IMG/VR virus record: IMGVR_UViG_2737471861_000021
Length of the DNA stretch: 27,857 bases
Direction: 5' to 3' (one strand)
DNA from: a virus
Taxonomy: Duplodnaviria; Heunggongvirae; Uroviricota; Caudoviricetes
Every line of letters begins with the position of its first letter. Positions within the stretch are counted from its first letter, which is position 1. The notes under the pieces were generated by a model. It searched no databases. It worked only from the letters and a program-made list of their open reading frames with translations, and had not been told where the DNA came from. Below, one piece after another: positions 18,103 to 26,786 of the stretch. A program made the position numbers and the translations under genes.

Positions 18103-18107
18103 ATTAA

Positions 18108-20582
18108 ATGAGACAGGAATGTATACAGGCGGTTCAGCAGGCGGCGCAGCGCATGTTAACGGCGCGAGAAATACAGAACATTGAAGACCGCATTTATCGA
18201 AATATGCGCTCCATTGCTCGTGATGACCCGATGTCGTGGCGACAACTTTCCGAATCAGATCGGCTATATCGAGCAGCACAATTGGCATCTGAAGAATTAC
18301 AGCGAGAAGCGGCATTAAAGAAACGTCGTGTGGCTCTCACTATAGCCGCGCGTCAGAGATTGGATAAATTTATCAATAGCTATCAAGGGGCTGATGGGAA
18401 ACTTGGCGCTCTTAACCGTACTATAGCTTTTAATGCAGACGGTAAATCTAATTTCCTCTCTGTTGAATCCAGAACAAAAGCCACCCGTGATTATGCATTG
18501 AGTCAATTGCAGGAGGCATTCGAAGCAGTTGATCCTCGCTTTTTTGGTCTGTTTGAAGATGAAGCGGGCGTACGTGACCTGGTATATGAAATGCGGGGGC
18601 AAAATACTGGCAATGCTAAAGCAAGAAAAGGTGCTAAGGCGTGGAGAGAAGTTACAGAGCTGCTGCGCCGCCGGTTTAATGATGCTGGTGGGGACATTGG
18701 CTATCTCGAAAACTGGGGGATCCCTCAACATCATTCTATGGAAAAGGTTGGGGCGGTATCAAAGGATAAGTGGGTTAACGATGTTATAGGTAAGCTGGAT
18801 CGCAAATATTATACCCGAGCCGATGGACAACTGATGAACGATGCCGAGTTGTCTGCATTTCTTGGAGAGGCTTATAACACGATCGCTACTGGTGGGCTGA
18901 ATAAGCTTACTGATACCGGAATGCGAATTTCCGGCGCACGTGCTAACCGTGGTAATGCATCACGACAGATACATTTCAAAGATGCTGATTCCTATCTCCA
19001 ATATCAACAACTTTATGGCGATCGCTCTCTATGGGAAATCATGGTCGGTCACCTGGAAGGTATCAGTAAAGATATTGCTCTGGTGGAAACATATGGTCCA
19101 AACCCCGATCATGTTTTCCGCTCCCTTCTTGATCAGGTTAAGGCAGAAACGGCAACAGCTAACCCGAGTAAAACCGGTAAAGTCGAGCGGCTGGCGAACA
19201 ACACAGAGAATCTGTACAACTTTATTTCCGGAAAGACACAGCCTGTAGCGAATCCGCACATCGCGCGATGGTCTGACAATATCCGCAACTGGCTGGTTGC
19301 CAGCAGACTCGGATCCGCGTTGCTGTCATCGTTCTCTGATCTTGGAACCATGTATCTGTCTGCGAAGGTGACCAACCTTCCGATGAACCAGTTATTCCGC
19401 AACCAGCTTGAAGCTATGGACCCAACGAACCGTACTGAGCTTGCGCGGGCGCGCCGCGCTGGTCTGGCGATGGAATCTCTACTTGGCAGCGTTAACCGCT
19501 GGGCGATGGATAATATGGGGCCGTCTGTGTCTCGTTGGGCTGCAACGGCGGTAATGCGTGCCAGTGGGCTTACAGCATGGTCAGATGCGCACAAGCGCGC
19601 CTATGGCGTAACCATGATGGGAAGCCTGGGAGAAGTAGTGTCACGGACACCAGACCTTCGTAGCCTCGATGACTCTGATTTTCGTATCCTGAAAAGCAAA
19701 GGGATTACTGACACAGACTGGAGCGTATGGAAGTTGGCGCAACAGGAGGACTGGGGGAACGGTAATAATACGATGCTGACACCGGAAAGCATTATGCGTA
19801 TCCCTGATTCAGCAGTTAAACATCTTGGTGAGCCTGAACGCGTGAAATTTGAGGCAATGCGTAAACTGCTCGGTGCCGTAACTGAAGAAGTTGATATGGC
19901 TGTTATTACACCGGGAGCACGTGAGCAACTGATAACCGGTTCTGGTATTCAGCGTGGAACATGGAAAGGTGAATTAACGAGAAGTGTTTTCCTGTTTAAA
20001 TCGTTCCCTATCTCGGTTGTTATGCGTCACTGGTCACGCGCTATGGGTATGCCGTCTGCTGGTGGGCGTGCGGCATATATTGCGACGTTTATTGCCAGTA
20101 CGACCATTCTTGGCGCTTTGTCGCAGCAACTTAACGACCTTGCGTCTGGTCGTAATCCTCGAGAGATGACAGGAGAAGATGCCGCAAAATTCTGGCTTGG
20201 TGCTCTACTGAAAGGTGGTGGCCTTGGCCTTTACGGTGATTTTTTGTTGTCAGATCACACGAGGTACGGAAGCGGTGCGCTGGCATCAATGCTTGGTCCG
20301 GTAGCCGGTCTGGTTGATGACGTAGTGAAGATAGCTCAGGGCATACCACTAAATGCTGTGGAAGGGAAGAACGAGCAGACTGGTGGTGATCTGGTGAAAC
20401 TTGGGAAAGGGCTGATGCCAGGTGCGAATCTCTGGTACTTGAAGGCAGCTCTTGATCACATGATCTTTAACCAGATGCAGGAGTATTTTTCACCAGGCTA
20501 TTTGCGTAAAATGGAGCAACGTTCGAAGAAAGAGTTTAACCAGACATACTGGTGGCGACCACAGGATGTCACTCCGCAATAA
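18108..20582 (+). CDS. Large internal core / ejection protein
   Basis: 824-aa ORF, last large gene of the core block, with hydrophobic segments near the C-terminus. Confidence 0.6.
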   Translation: MRQECIQAVQQAAQRMLTAREIQNIEDRIYRNMRSIARDDPMSWRQLSESDRLYRAAQLASEELQREAALKKRRVALTIAARQRLDKFINSYQGADGKLGALNRTIAFNADGKSNFLSVESRTKATRDYALSQLQEAFEAVDPRFFGLFEDEAGVRDLVYEMRGQNTGNAKARKGAKAWREVTELLRRRFNDAGGDIGYLENWGIPQHHSMEKVGAVSKDKWVNDVIGKLDRKYYTRADGQLMNDAELSAFLGEAYNTIATGGLNKLTDTGMRISGARANRGNASRQIHFKDADSYLQYQQLYGDRSLWEIMVGHLEGISKDIALVETYGPNPDHVFRSLLDQVKAETATANPSKTGKVERLANNTENLYNFISGKTQPVANPHIARWSDNIRNWLVASRLGSALLSSFSDLGTMYLSAKVTNLPMNQLFRNQLEAMDPTNRTELARARRAGLAMESLLGSVNRWAMDNMGPSVSRWAATAVMRASGLTAWSDAHKRAYGVTMMGSLGEVVSRTPDLRSLDDSDFRILKSKGITDTDWSVWKLAQQEDWGNGNNTMLTPESIMRIPDSAVKHLGEPERVKFEAMRKLLGAVTEEVDMAVITPGAREQLITGSGIQRGTWKGELTRSVFLFKSFPISVVMRHWSRAMGMPSAGGRAAYIATFIASTTILGALSQQLNDLASGRNPREMTGEDAAKFWLGALLKGGGLGLYGDFLLSDHTRYGSGALASMLGPVAGLVDDVVKIAQGIPLNAVEGKNEQTGGDLVKLGKGLMPGANLWYLKAALDHMIFNQMQEYFSPGYLRKMEQRSKKEFNQTYWWRPQDVTPQ

Positions 20583-20591
20583 GGATGAGAA

Positions 20592-20732
20592 ATGATTGCT
20601 TTTATTCTTGTTGTATTTGTGCTTGTTGCCCTTGGCGTTATGAATCGTAAATGTATCATTGAAGACGGTGAATTTGCTGTAGCAGTTGTTTTGATATTAT
20701 CTGGTGTAGCAGGGTACATAGGTTTGTCATAG
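20592..20732 (+). CDS. Small hydrophobic membrane protein (46 aa)
   Basis: Not in the ORF track (too short). ATG at 20592, nine nt after the upstream stop with an AAGGATGAG RBS. Translation MIAFILVVFVLVALGVMNRKCIIEDGEFAVAVVLILSGVAGYIGLS has two predicted TM segments. Confidence 0.4.
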   Translation: MIAFILVVFVLVALGVMNRKCIIEDGEFAVAVVLILSGVAGYIGLS

Positions 20733-20738
20733 CTTGAG

Positions 20739-20752
20739 TGTGACATGTCACA
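20739..20752. repeat. Palindrome TGTGACATGTCACA, copy 3 of 3 (perfect 14-bp palindrome)
   Basis: Seen directly; lies between the small membrane ORF stop and the GC hairpin. Confidence 0.7.
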
Positions 20753-20768
20753 GGCCGCTTTCGCGGCC
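20753..20768. terminator. GC-rich hairpin between convergent transcription units
   Basis: GGCCGC-TTTC-GCGGCC stem-loop between the + strand core operon and the minus-strand small gene; U-tract is weak. Confidence 0.35.
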
Positions 20769-20775
20769 CTTAAAT

Positions 20776-21033
20776 TTACCGGATTTGTTTTCGTAATTGT
20801 TCGGCACAATAGTCGAGATGTGTTTGCAGATCCTGCATAGACATCTGTGAGCTGGTGACGTAGTTAATCAGTGCAGTCAGTTCGGCAAGTGGGCCATCGA
20901 CATTAAATCCATCCTTATCGAGATCCCGGAGTAATTTCATCAAGTGCGATCCCTCCACCAGTGACCTGACGCCTCCCGGCGTGTGAATCCTTTCGGTAAA
21001 TCCGTCTTCCAGTGGATAGTGATACTGCTGCAT
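20776..21033 (-). CDS. Small SOS-regulated protein of unknown function (85 aa), reverse-oriented inside the tail module
   Basis: Internal ATG of track ORF 20776..21156 with a GGAGAA RBS. A LexA box lies 22-37 nt upstream of this start. Translation MQQYHYPLEDGFTERIHTPGGVRSLVEGSHLMKLLRDLDKDGFNVDGPLAELTALINYVTSSQMSMQDLQTHLDYCAEQLRKQIR. Confidence 0.5.
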   Translation of the reverse strand: MQQYHYPLEDGFTERIHTPGGVRSLVEGSHLMKLLRDLDKDGFNVDGPLAELTALINYVTSSQMSMQDLQTHLDYCAEQLRKQIR

Positions 21034-21054
21034 CTTATCTTCTCCATGCAATAA

Positions 21055-21070
21055 CTGTATATTTATACAG
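21055..21070 (-). promoter_or_regulatory. LexA (SOS) box
   Basis: CTGTATATTTATACAG is a perfect CTGT-N8-ACAG with an AT-rich spacer. The extended 20-mer AACTGTATATTTATACAGTA closely matches the E. coli consensus TACTGTATATATATACAGTA. It sits just upstream of the minus-strand small gene. Confidence 0.7.
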
Positions 21071-21228
21071 TAGCAAATAATTTGTTTGCTATCCAGCACG
21101 TTTTGCAAATTACCCGAAAGGTAATATCTATTCATATTCACAGTCTTTCTATCCATATGTGGTTTTTCAGGTAATAGAATAACCAGATATGCGGCGCAAC
21201 GGGTGCTGCGACTATCTGGAGATTTAAC

Positions 21229-23418
21229 ATGACGGTCTCAACCGAAGTTGACCACAACGAATACACAGGCAATGGCGTTACGACTTCATTCCCTTATACC
21301 TTTAGGGTTTTCAATGAATCTGATCTGGTAGTGCAGGTGGTTGACCTTGACGAAAATATCGCTGTACTGGCTCTTGATACTGATTACACTGTCACTGGGG
21401 CTGGAGGATATAACGGCGGTAATGTAATTCTGTCGAAGGCGTTAGCTAACGGTTACCAGATTTCTATATCACGAGAGCTCCCGGTTACGCAGGAAACTGA
21501 TTTGCGTAATCAGGGTAAGTTCTTTGCAGAAGTGCATGAGGATGCTTTTGATAAGCTAACGATGCTGATCCAGCAGGTTCGAAGTTGGTTCAGTTTGGCT
21601 CTGCGTAAGCCATCATTTGTTGCTAATTATTATGATGCCTTGAACAATTACATCCGCAATTTACGTGATCCTTCAAGACCTCAAGATGCAGCCACTAAAA
21701 ATTATGTTGATACACAGCTCAGTACTAGCCTCAGGTGCACATTGCGCGTTCAGGAGCAGATTCCGATACTTCCTGACGCTGCCTCCCGTGAAAACAAGAT
21801 GCTTGCTTTCGATAACAATGGTAACCCCATTGTTGTACTTCCTCCATCTGGCTCTGCTTCTGATGTATTGATCGAATTAGCTAAACCAGCAGGCGCAGGG
21901 ATGATTGGTACCAAATCAGGAGATACTGTTCAAGATACGTTGGATGAACTCAATCATAAATCAGGTTATGATAATTCTGATATTTCTTTGTATGGATATA
22001 TATATGGTAGTGGAGAGGACGCTAAGCCTTATGTTCTTGCAGCCATAGGTAAAACAGGGGTTGCGCATATCAGCGGTGATACCACATTATCAAGATTTGA
22101 CTGGCCCCAAGGTGCAAGGATTACCGGAAAAGCAACGATCACATACACAAGGCTACCAAACGTTCCATGTGAACTTGATAGTGAAATACCTGTAAACCAT
22201 TCACTAATGAAAGCTGTATATGTTCATGAGGTATTTGATATCTGCGATATGTTACAAATAAAAACAGCAGGATTTAATACTTTAATTCATTATGGTCAGG
22301 CATGGCGTGATGGTGGAGACATGGAAAAAGCATGTAACGCAGCGGAAGCAATAGGATTGCGTTTGATTTTGGGCGGGCCAATATACGGACAGACAGATAC
22401 GCCATCTTCAGAACTGGACGATAGAGATTGTGTTATAGGATATTATCTATTTGATGAACCTCAAAACCATTCTATATCGGCTTCTGCCCAGGCTACTAGA
22501 ATAAACGCGTTCAAGGCTTTCACTAAAAAGTCGCTATGTATAGCTGATAATGGCATCTTTGCTTTTGATTCACCTACTATTCCGTCAGGGTACGATGGTG
22601 TTGGCTACGATTACATATTCATTGACGCTTACGCATACGCTAATCGAGATTTCGCCACGAATAAAAGAGCGGCAGTGCTATGTTGGGCGGAAATGAAATA
22701 CAAATCCCCAAATTCTAAGCTGATCCCTTGCTTGGGTATGTTTAGCGAACCTTCTGAGTTTTCAGATAAGTCAAAGCAAATATCTTTTGCAAGGAAATTC
22801 TTTGGGATGGGGCCCGGTGATTATGCCGCCTTTGCTTGGGAGAGCAATCTTATTATTGGCACATTCAAAGACATAACTAATGATTCTGACTTTTATAATG
22901 AAGTTTTAAGTTATAATTGCATAACAGAACAAAAACCATACAAAACAGATGTTTATGTGTTTTACACAGATAGAATGGGTGGGGCTATGCAGTTGTACAA
23001 TGACAAGTACAGTTCTGCCGATGTCACACCATTCCAGACTATCAATGCTGGGAGCGCACAAGGTGAGCGTAACACCACATTCAAAAAGGGTGGTATCGCG
23101 GCAAGAAACACCGGAGGCGTGTTTGCTACGAGGATGAAGAACCACGGGTACGTGGCTGTTGAGCTGTATTATTTTAACGGTGCAGATACCGCAAATACTA
23201 CAGCATCAATAACAACTTGCATTGACGATTTTTACACAAACACCCCGCAGCTTACGTTCACGCTCTCAACTACACAAAACGCCTGGATAAACTCTGTGGA
23301 AACAACACCTAATCTCGGTGTTGGTATAAAGATTATCCCAAGCCAATCTTACCAATATAGGTGGAAATTCATATATGGTGGCATAGTTGATTGCTCATGG
23401 AGAGGTGATTCATTTTAA
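21229..23418 (+). CDS. Tailspike / receptor-binding protein
   Basis: 729-aa ORF with a GGAGA RBS. N-terminus 'MTVSTEVDHNEYTGNGVTTSFPYTFRVF...' matches what I recall of the epsilon15-family tailspike head-binding domain. The distal two-thirds is AT-rich and divergent. Confidence 0.8.
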   Translation: MTVSTEVDHNEYTGNGVTTSFPYTFRVFNESDLVVQVVDLDENIAVLALDTDYTVTGAGGYNGGNVILSKALANGYQISISRELPVTQETDLRNQGKFFAEVHEDAFDKLTMLIQQVRSWFSLALRKPSFVANYYDALNNYIRNLRDPSRPQDAATKNYVDTQLSTSLRCTLRVQEQIPILPDAASRENKMLAFDNNGNPIVVLPPSGSASDVLIELAKPAGAGMIGTKSGDTVQDTLDELNHKSGYDNSDISLYGYIYGSGEDAKPYVLAAIGKTGVAHISGDTTLSRFDWPQGARITGKATITYTRLPNVPCELDSEIPVNHSLMKAVYVHEVFDICDMLQIKTAGFNTLIHYGQAWRDGGDMEKACNAAEAIGLRLILGGPIYGQTDTPSSELDDRDCVIGYYLFDEPQNHSISASAQATRINAFKAFTKKSLCIADNGIFAFDSPTIPSGYDGVGYDYIFIDAYAYANRDFATNKRAAVLCWAEMKYKSPNSKLIPCLGMFSEPSEFSDKSKQISFARKFFGMGPGDYAAFAWESNLIIGTFKDITNDSDFYNEVLSYNCITEQKPYKTDVYVFYTDRMGGAMQLYNDKYSSADVTPFQTINAGSAQGERNTTFKKGGIAARNTGGVFATRMKNHGYVAVELYYFNGADTANTTASITTCIDDFYTNTPQLTFTLSTTQNAWINSVETTPNLGVGIKIIPSQSYQYRWKFIYGGIVDCSWRGDSF

Positions 23419-23466
23419 ATGAAAGCGCATTAATCACTACATCCTTCGTGATTAATGCGCTAAAAT

Positions 23467-24585
23467 TTATAATTTTATTCCTTTTCCGTACTTAATTAGT
23501 GGTCGTTCAATAAAAGAAAATGTAAGTGATGATAAAACACACAGTGCTACGAATAGAATTGTTATCATTGGGAGTGAGATATTTAGGTTGTTAATATCAT
23601 ATTTATCTTTAATAAAGGCAAATGAAGGATAGAAAACAACCCCTTGTAAAAGGTAAATGCTGTAAGAGCACTCCCCCAAACGAGTAAATCCCTTTATATT
23701 CAATATACCAAACAAGCTTGCGCCTTTAGCCACGCAAAGCATAAACACTGTGACTATTATCCACGGTCTAGTGCTGTTAAGTGATGGATTTAACAGTACG
23801 AATATAGTCACAGATGCTAACAGCATGAGGTCAGATGTTTTTTTTGATAATGAAATTCTGCATGATAACTCCTTAGATAGGATACCACAGGCGAAAGCAG
23901 AATAATACCAATATGATGCATCTGTAAATGATGGTAGAAAATACATACAAACAAACATAATACCAATTGAAGCTTCAAGTGGCTTGGAACGTAAAAAATA
24001 AATGATTGGTAAAGAGAAGTAGAATCCCCATTCCCACTTTATTGTCCATGTTACACCAGACAACACCAATACAGAATTATTGAATCCATTTATATTAGGT
24101 TTTATGTCAAATACACTTGCGTCAAACCATTTCAACAAATCATCCAAACTAATATTGTTGTGGTTTGTTGACATTAAAATAATATATGATACAGCAATGA
24201 ATGATGAAAGATATGTCATCGGTACGATTCTAAAAAATCTATCTTTATATAAGTTTATCCAGTCAATATTTTTTGATTTACGAATCTTTCCCCAGAAAAG
24301 AAAAGCTGTAATTGAAAAGAAAATCGCTACGCCAAATTTCCCTATTGAATAAATAAAATCAGAATGAGTAGTCCATTTATTTATTGTAAAATAATTAATA
24401 AAATAGTCTGAGTGATGGAACACAACCATGGATGCAAGAATATATCTTAGACCATCAAGATTCCGCTCCCTTGAGTAATCATGATCTTTCCCGTCTATGT
24501 AAGAAAAAACATTAGAGCTAAATAAAAGACCACATATAAAAATTGAACATCCAACCCACAAGTATATGATAACAGAGTCAGTCAT
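23467..24585 (-). CDS. Integral-membrane acyltransferase (acyltransferase family 3; O-antigen acetyltransferase-like)
   Basis: 372-aa polytopic membrane protein with 'LDGLRYILASMVVFHH' near the N-terminus and 'SYSIYLLQGVVFYP...FIERP' near the C-terminus, both typical of Acyltransferase_3 (Oac/OafA-like). Strongly AT-rich relative to the rest of the prophage. Confidence 0.75.
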   Translation of the reverse strand: MTDSVIIYLWVGCSIFICGLLFSSNVFSYIDGKDHDYSRERNLDGLRYILASMVVFHHSDYFINYFTINKWTTHSDFIYSIGKFGVAIFFSITAFLFWGKIRKSKNIDWINLYKDRFFRIVPMTYLSSFIAVSYIILMSTNHNNISLDDLLKWFDASVFDIKPNINGFNNSVLVLSGVTWTIKWEWGFYFSLPIIYFLRSKPLEASIGIMFVCMYFLPSFTDASYWYYSAFACGILSKELSCRISLSKKTSDLMLLASVTIFVLLNPSLNSTRPWIIVTVFMLCVAKGASLFGILNIKGFTRLGECSYSIYLLQGVVFYPSFAFIKDKYDINNLNISLPMITILFVALCVLSSLTFSFIERPLIKYGKGIKL

Positions 24586-24777
24586 TTTTAGTTTCCATAT
24601 TATATTCCAGTATTAGCTGCATGCAGAACCATTTTCCTATGGACGGCAGCATTGTATCACCCAGGGGGTAATTTCGGTAGGGGTATTCTTAGGTAATACA
24701 TATCCATATATGGTTTATTGTGTATGATGTACTCACCAACTAAGGGGGTTCTTTATGCACATTAAACGGTGGTCATA

Positions 24778-25182
24778 ATGGCGCAAATGTTAACCACGGA
24801 AACTATAAATCAGGGTCTTAGCATGAGCGCGCTGATGTCTGTGTTCGCTGGAGTACCGCCAGAGGTGGCTTTAGGAGCTTTGGCTGGGGCGGTAATTTTT
24901 GTTACCTCAGCGGTAGAGTATCACATCCGTCGCCGGGTGCTCCTGTCGATGCTCAGCTTTCTTTGCGGCCTTCTCTTTTACAAACCAGCAGCATCAATTC
25001 TTATCGGCATAGCCAGCCTGATCCCTACCATCACGCAGGACTCTTTTGAAAAAGGGATTGTTTTCTCTGCAGGCGCATTCGTGTCAGCAATTGTCGCTGT
25101 GCGTATTGGTATATGGCTCTATCACCGTTCCGATAATCCACGCGAGTTAATTCCGGGGAGAAAAGACGATGGTAACGTATGA
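24778..25182 (+). CDS. Holin-like membrane protein (class I-like, 3-4 TM)
   Basis: ATG at 24778 (track ORF 24769..25182). Several hydrophobic segments and a charged C-terminus; first gene of the lysis cassette. Confidence 0.5.
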   Translation: MAQMLTTETINQGLSMSALMSVFAGVPPEVALGALAGAVIFVTSAVEYHIRRRVLLSMLSFLCGLLFYKPAASILIGIASLIPTITQDSFEKGIVFSAGAFVSAIVAVRIGIWLYHRSDNPRELIPGRKDDGNV

Positions 25183-25477
25183 GTTTTTTTTGCTTATCAC
25201 CAATGCAGTTATTTGCACTGGCATAGCAATTCGCGTTGTCACATTCCGGCGTAACGGCTCTCAACACCGAAGGTGGGGAGGATGGCTTGCTTATTTCCTG
25301 ATTGTTGCTGCGGCCAGTATTCCTGTTCGTGTCGCCTATGCAATCTGGTTACGTACGCCAATGGCTGTGGATTTATCTGAGGTCATTATCAACGCTGTCA
25401 TGCTAACTGCGGTTATTAAAACGCGCGGTAACGTCGTTCAAATTTTCAAAGTATCGAGGTCTAAACATGGAGATTAA
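25169..25477 (+). CDS. Second small membrane protein of the lysis cassette (holin or antiholin-like)
   Basis: 102 aa with about three TM segments; overlaps the upstream gene and precedes the endolysin. Confidence 0.45.
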   Translation: MVTYEFFLLITNAVICTGIAIRVVTFRRNGSQHRRWGGWLAYFLIVAAASIPVRVAYAIWLRTPMAVDLSEVIINAVMLTAVIKTRGNVVQIFKVSRSKHGD

Positions 25478-26096
25478 ACAATTCCAGCGAGCTGCTGGTA
25501 TCAGTGAGTCACTGGCCGCACGCTGGTTCTCGCATATAACTTCTGCGATGAAAGAGTTTGGTATCAGCAAACCAGAAGATCAGGCTATGTTTATTGCTCA
25601 GGTCGGGCATGAGTCTGGAGGCTTCACCCGGTTGCAGGAGAATTTCAACTACAGCGTCAGCGGACTGGCTAACTTTGTTCGGGCTGGGCGTCTCACTCAG
25701 GGACAGGCCAACGCATTGGGGCGACGCGCAGGCGAACCACCATTGCCACTTGAGCGCCAGCGCGCGATCGCAAATCTGGTATACAGCAAACGCATGGGGA
25801 ACAATGCCCCTGGTGATGGCTGGAATTACCGAGGGCGCGGACTTATCCAGATTACCGGTTTGAATAACTATCGTGATTGCGGAAACGGTCTGAAGGTTGA
25901 CCTGCTGGAGAGCCCTGAACTGCTGGCGCAGGACGAATATGCGGCTCGTAGCGCGGCGTGGTTCTTCGCCAGCAAAGGATGCATGAAGTATACCGGCGAT
26001 ATTGCACGTGTAACTCTGATTATCAATGGTGGCCGGAACGGCATCGACGACCGGCGAGCGCGGTACATCACTGCCAGTAAGGTGCTGGCGGTATGA
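25467..26096 (+). CDS. Endolysin, glycoside hydrolase family 19 (chitinase-like) type
   Basis: 209 aa. '[12 protein letters not shown]', '[12 protein letters not shown]' and '[12 protein letters not shown]' are GH19 endolysin signatures; from memory it is very close to the Salmonella phage SPN1S endolysin. Confidence 0.9.
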   Translation: MEIKQFQRAAGISESLAARWFSHITSAMKEFGISKPEDQAMFIAQVGHESGGFTRLQENFNYSVSGLANFVRAGRLTQGQANALGRRAGEPPLPLERQRAIANLVYSKRMGNNAPGDGWNYRGRGLIQITGLNNYRDCGNGLKVDLLESPELLAQDEYAARSAAWFFASKGCMKYTGDIARVTLIINGGRNGIDDRRARYITASKVLAV

Positions 26097-26590
26097 TCTG
26101 GGCATTCGTAAAAGCATACTGGAAACAGTTGCTTATCGTGGCAGTGCTTGCTGTTCTGGTCATATCAGGAGTGGTTGCCTGGAATATACACGGCAGTCGC
26201 CAGTACGATGCCGGGTATGCTCAGGCGAAGGAAGATCAGAAACAGGCTGATGATAAGTTAAGGTCACAGCGTGAGCAGGAGAAAACACAAATTGAACGTG
26301 AAGCACAATCCCGTATCGATGCGGCGCGTGCTGATGCTGAGTATGCTAATTCCGCTGCTGACAGCATGCGCGCCGAGCTTGACAAAACCAGGCGGCTCGC
26401 CGAACACTATACCGGATCTTTCCCCCCTGGCACGCCAGCCAGCAAGGTCATCGGTGTGCTCGCCGACATGCTTGAAGAAAGCAACCGAGTTTACAACGCA
26501 ACAGCAGCTGAGGCTGAAAAGTATCGTATCGCAGGGGAATTCTGCGAGCAGCAATACGATTCACTGAAGAAGCAAAAATCGTGGCACTGA
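26093..26590 (+). CDS. Rz: i-spanin (Rz-like)
   Basis: 165 aa with an N-terminal TM helix ([18 protein letters not shown]) and a charged coiled-coil-like periplasmic domain; directly follows the endolysin with an ATGA overlap. Confidence 0.7.
   Translation: MIWAFVKAYWKQLLIVAVLAVLVISGVVAWNIHGSRQYDAGYAQAKEDQKQADDKLRSQREQEKTQIEREAQSRIDAARADAEYANSAADSMRAELDKTRRLAEHYTGSFPPGTPASKVIGVLADMLEESNRVYNATAAEAEKYRIAGEFCEQQYDSLKKQKSWH
26319..26567 (+). CDS. Rz1: o-spanin lipoprotein (Rz1-like), embedded in the +1 frame of Rz
   Basis: Internal ATG of track ORF 26271..26567. Signal peptide [17 protein letters not shown] with an LTAC lipobox, followed by a Pro-rich mature region. Lies entirely within Rz in a different frame. 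Confidence 0.6.
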   Translation: MRRVLMLSMLIPLLTACAPSLTKPGGSPNTIPDLSPLARQPARSSVCSPTCLKKATEFTTQQQLRLKSIVSQGNSASSNTIH

Positions 26591-26716
26591 TTTCCGGTGA
26601 CGGTATATAAAACGGTACGGGAAAAGTTGAGGTTTGTAAAAGTGTTATCACTCAATTGGTTATGGTTGTCGTAAATAATTGAGTGGGAATGATTTTAATC
26701 CCTGCACTATGAATGA

Positions 26717-26749
26717 ACAAAACCCTCTGTTACTACAGAGGGTTTTTTA
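26717..26749. terminator. Strong bidirectional rho-independent terminator
   Basis: AAAA-CCCTCTGT-tact-ACAGAGGG-TTTTTT between the lysis operon (+) and the convergent envelope genes (-). A second hairpin, CTTCAAG-N9-CTTGAAG, lies at 26751-26773. Confidence 0.65.
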
Positions 26750-26786
26750 TCTTCAAGAATCATAGGCTTGAAGTTACTAACATCGA

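Noticed and set aside
24769-24777. GTG start at 24769 for the first lysis-cassette membrane protein
   Set aside because: An in-frame ATG three codons downstream (24778) with a nearby purine-rich stretch is more plausible; either start gives essentially the same protein.
25509-26117. 202-aa minus-strand ORF antisense to the endolysin
   Set aside because: The endolysin on the + strand has unmistakable GH19 motifs; the antisense frame is a shadow ORF.
26271-26318. Long form of the Rz1 ORF starting at 26271
   Set aside because: The first 16 residues are basic and lack signal-peptide character; the lipoprotein signal peptide begins at the internal Met (26319), which is the likely true start.
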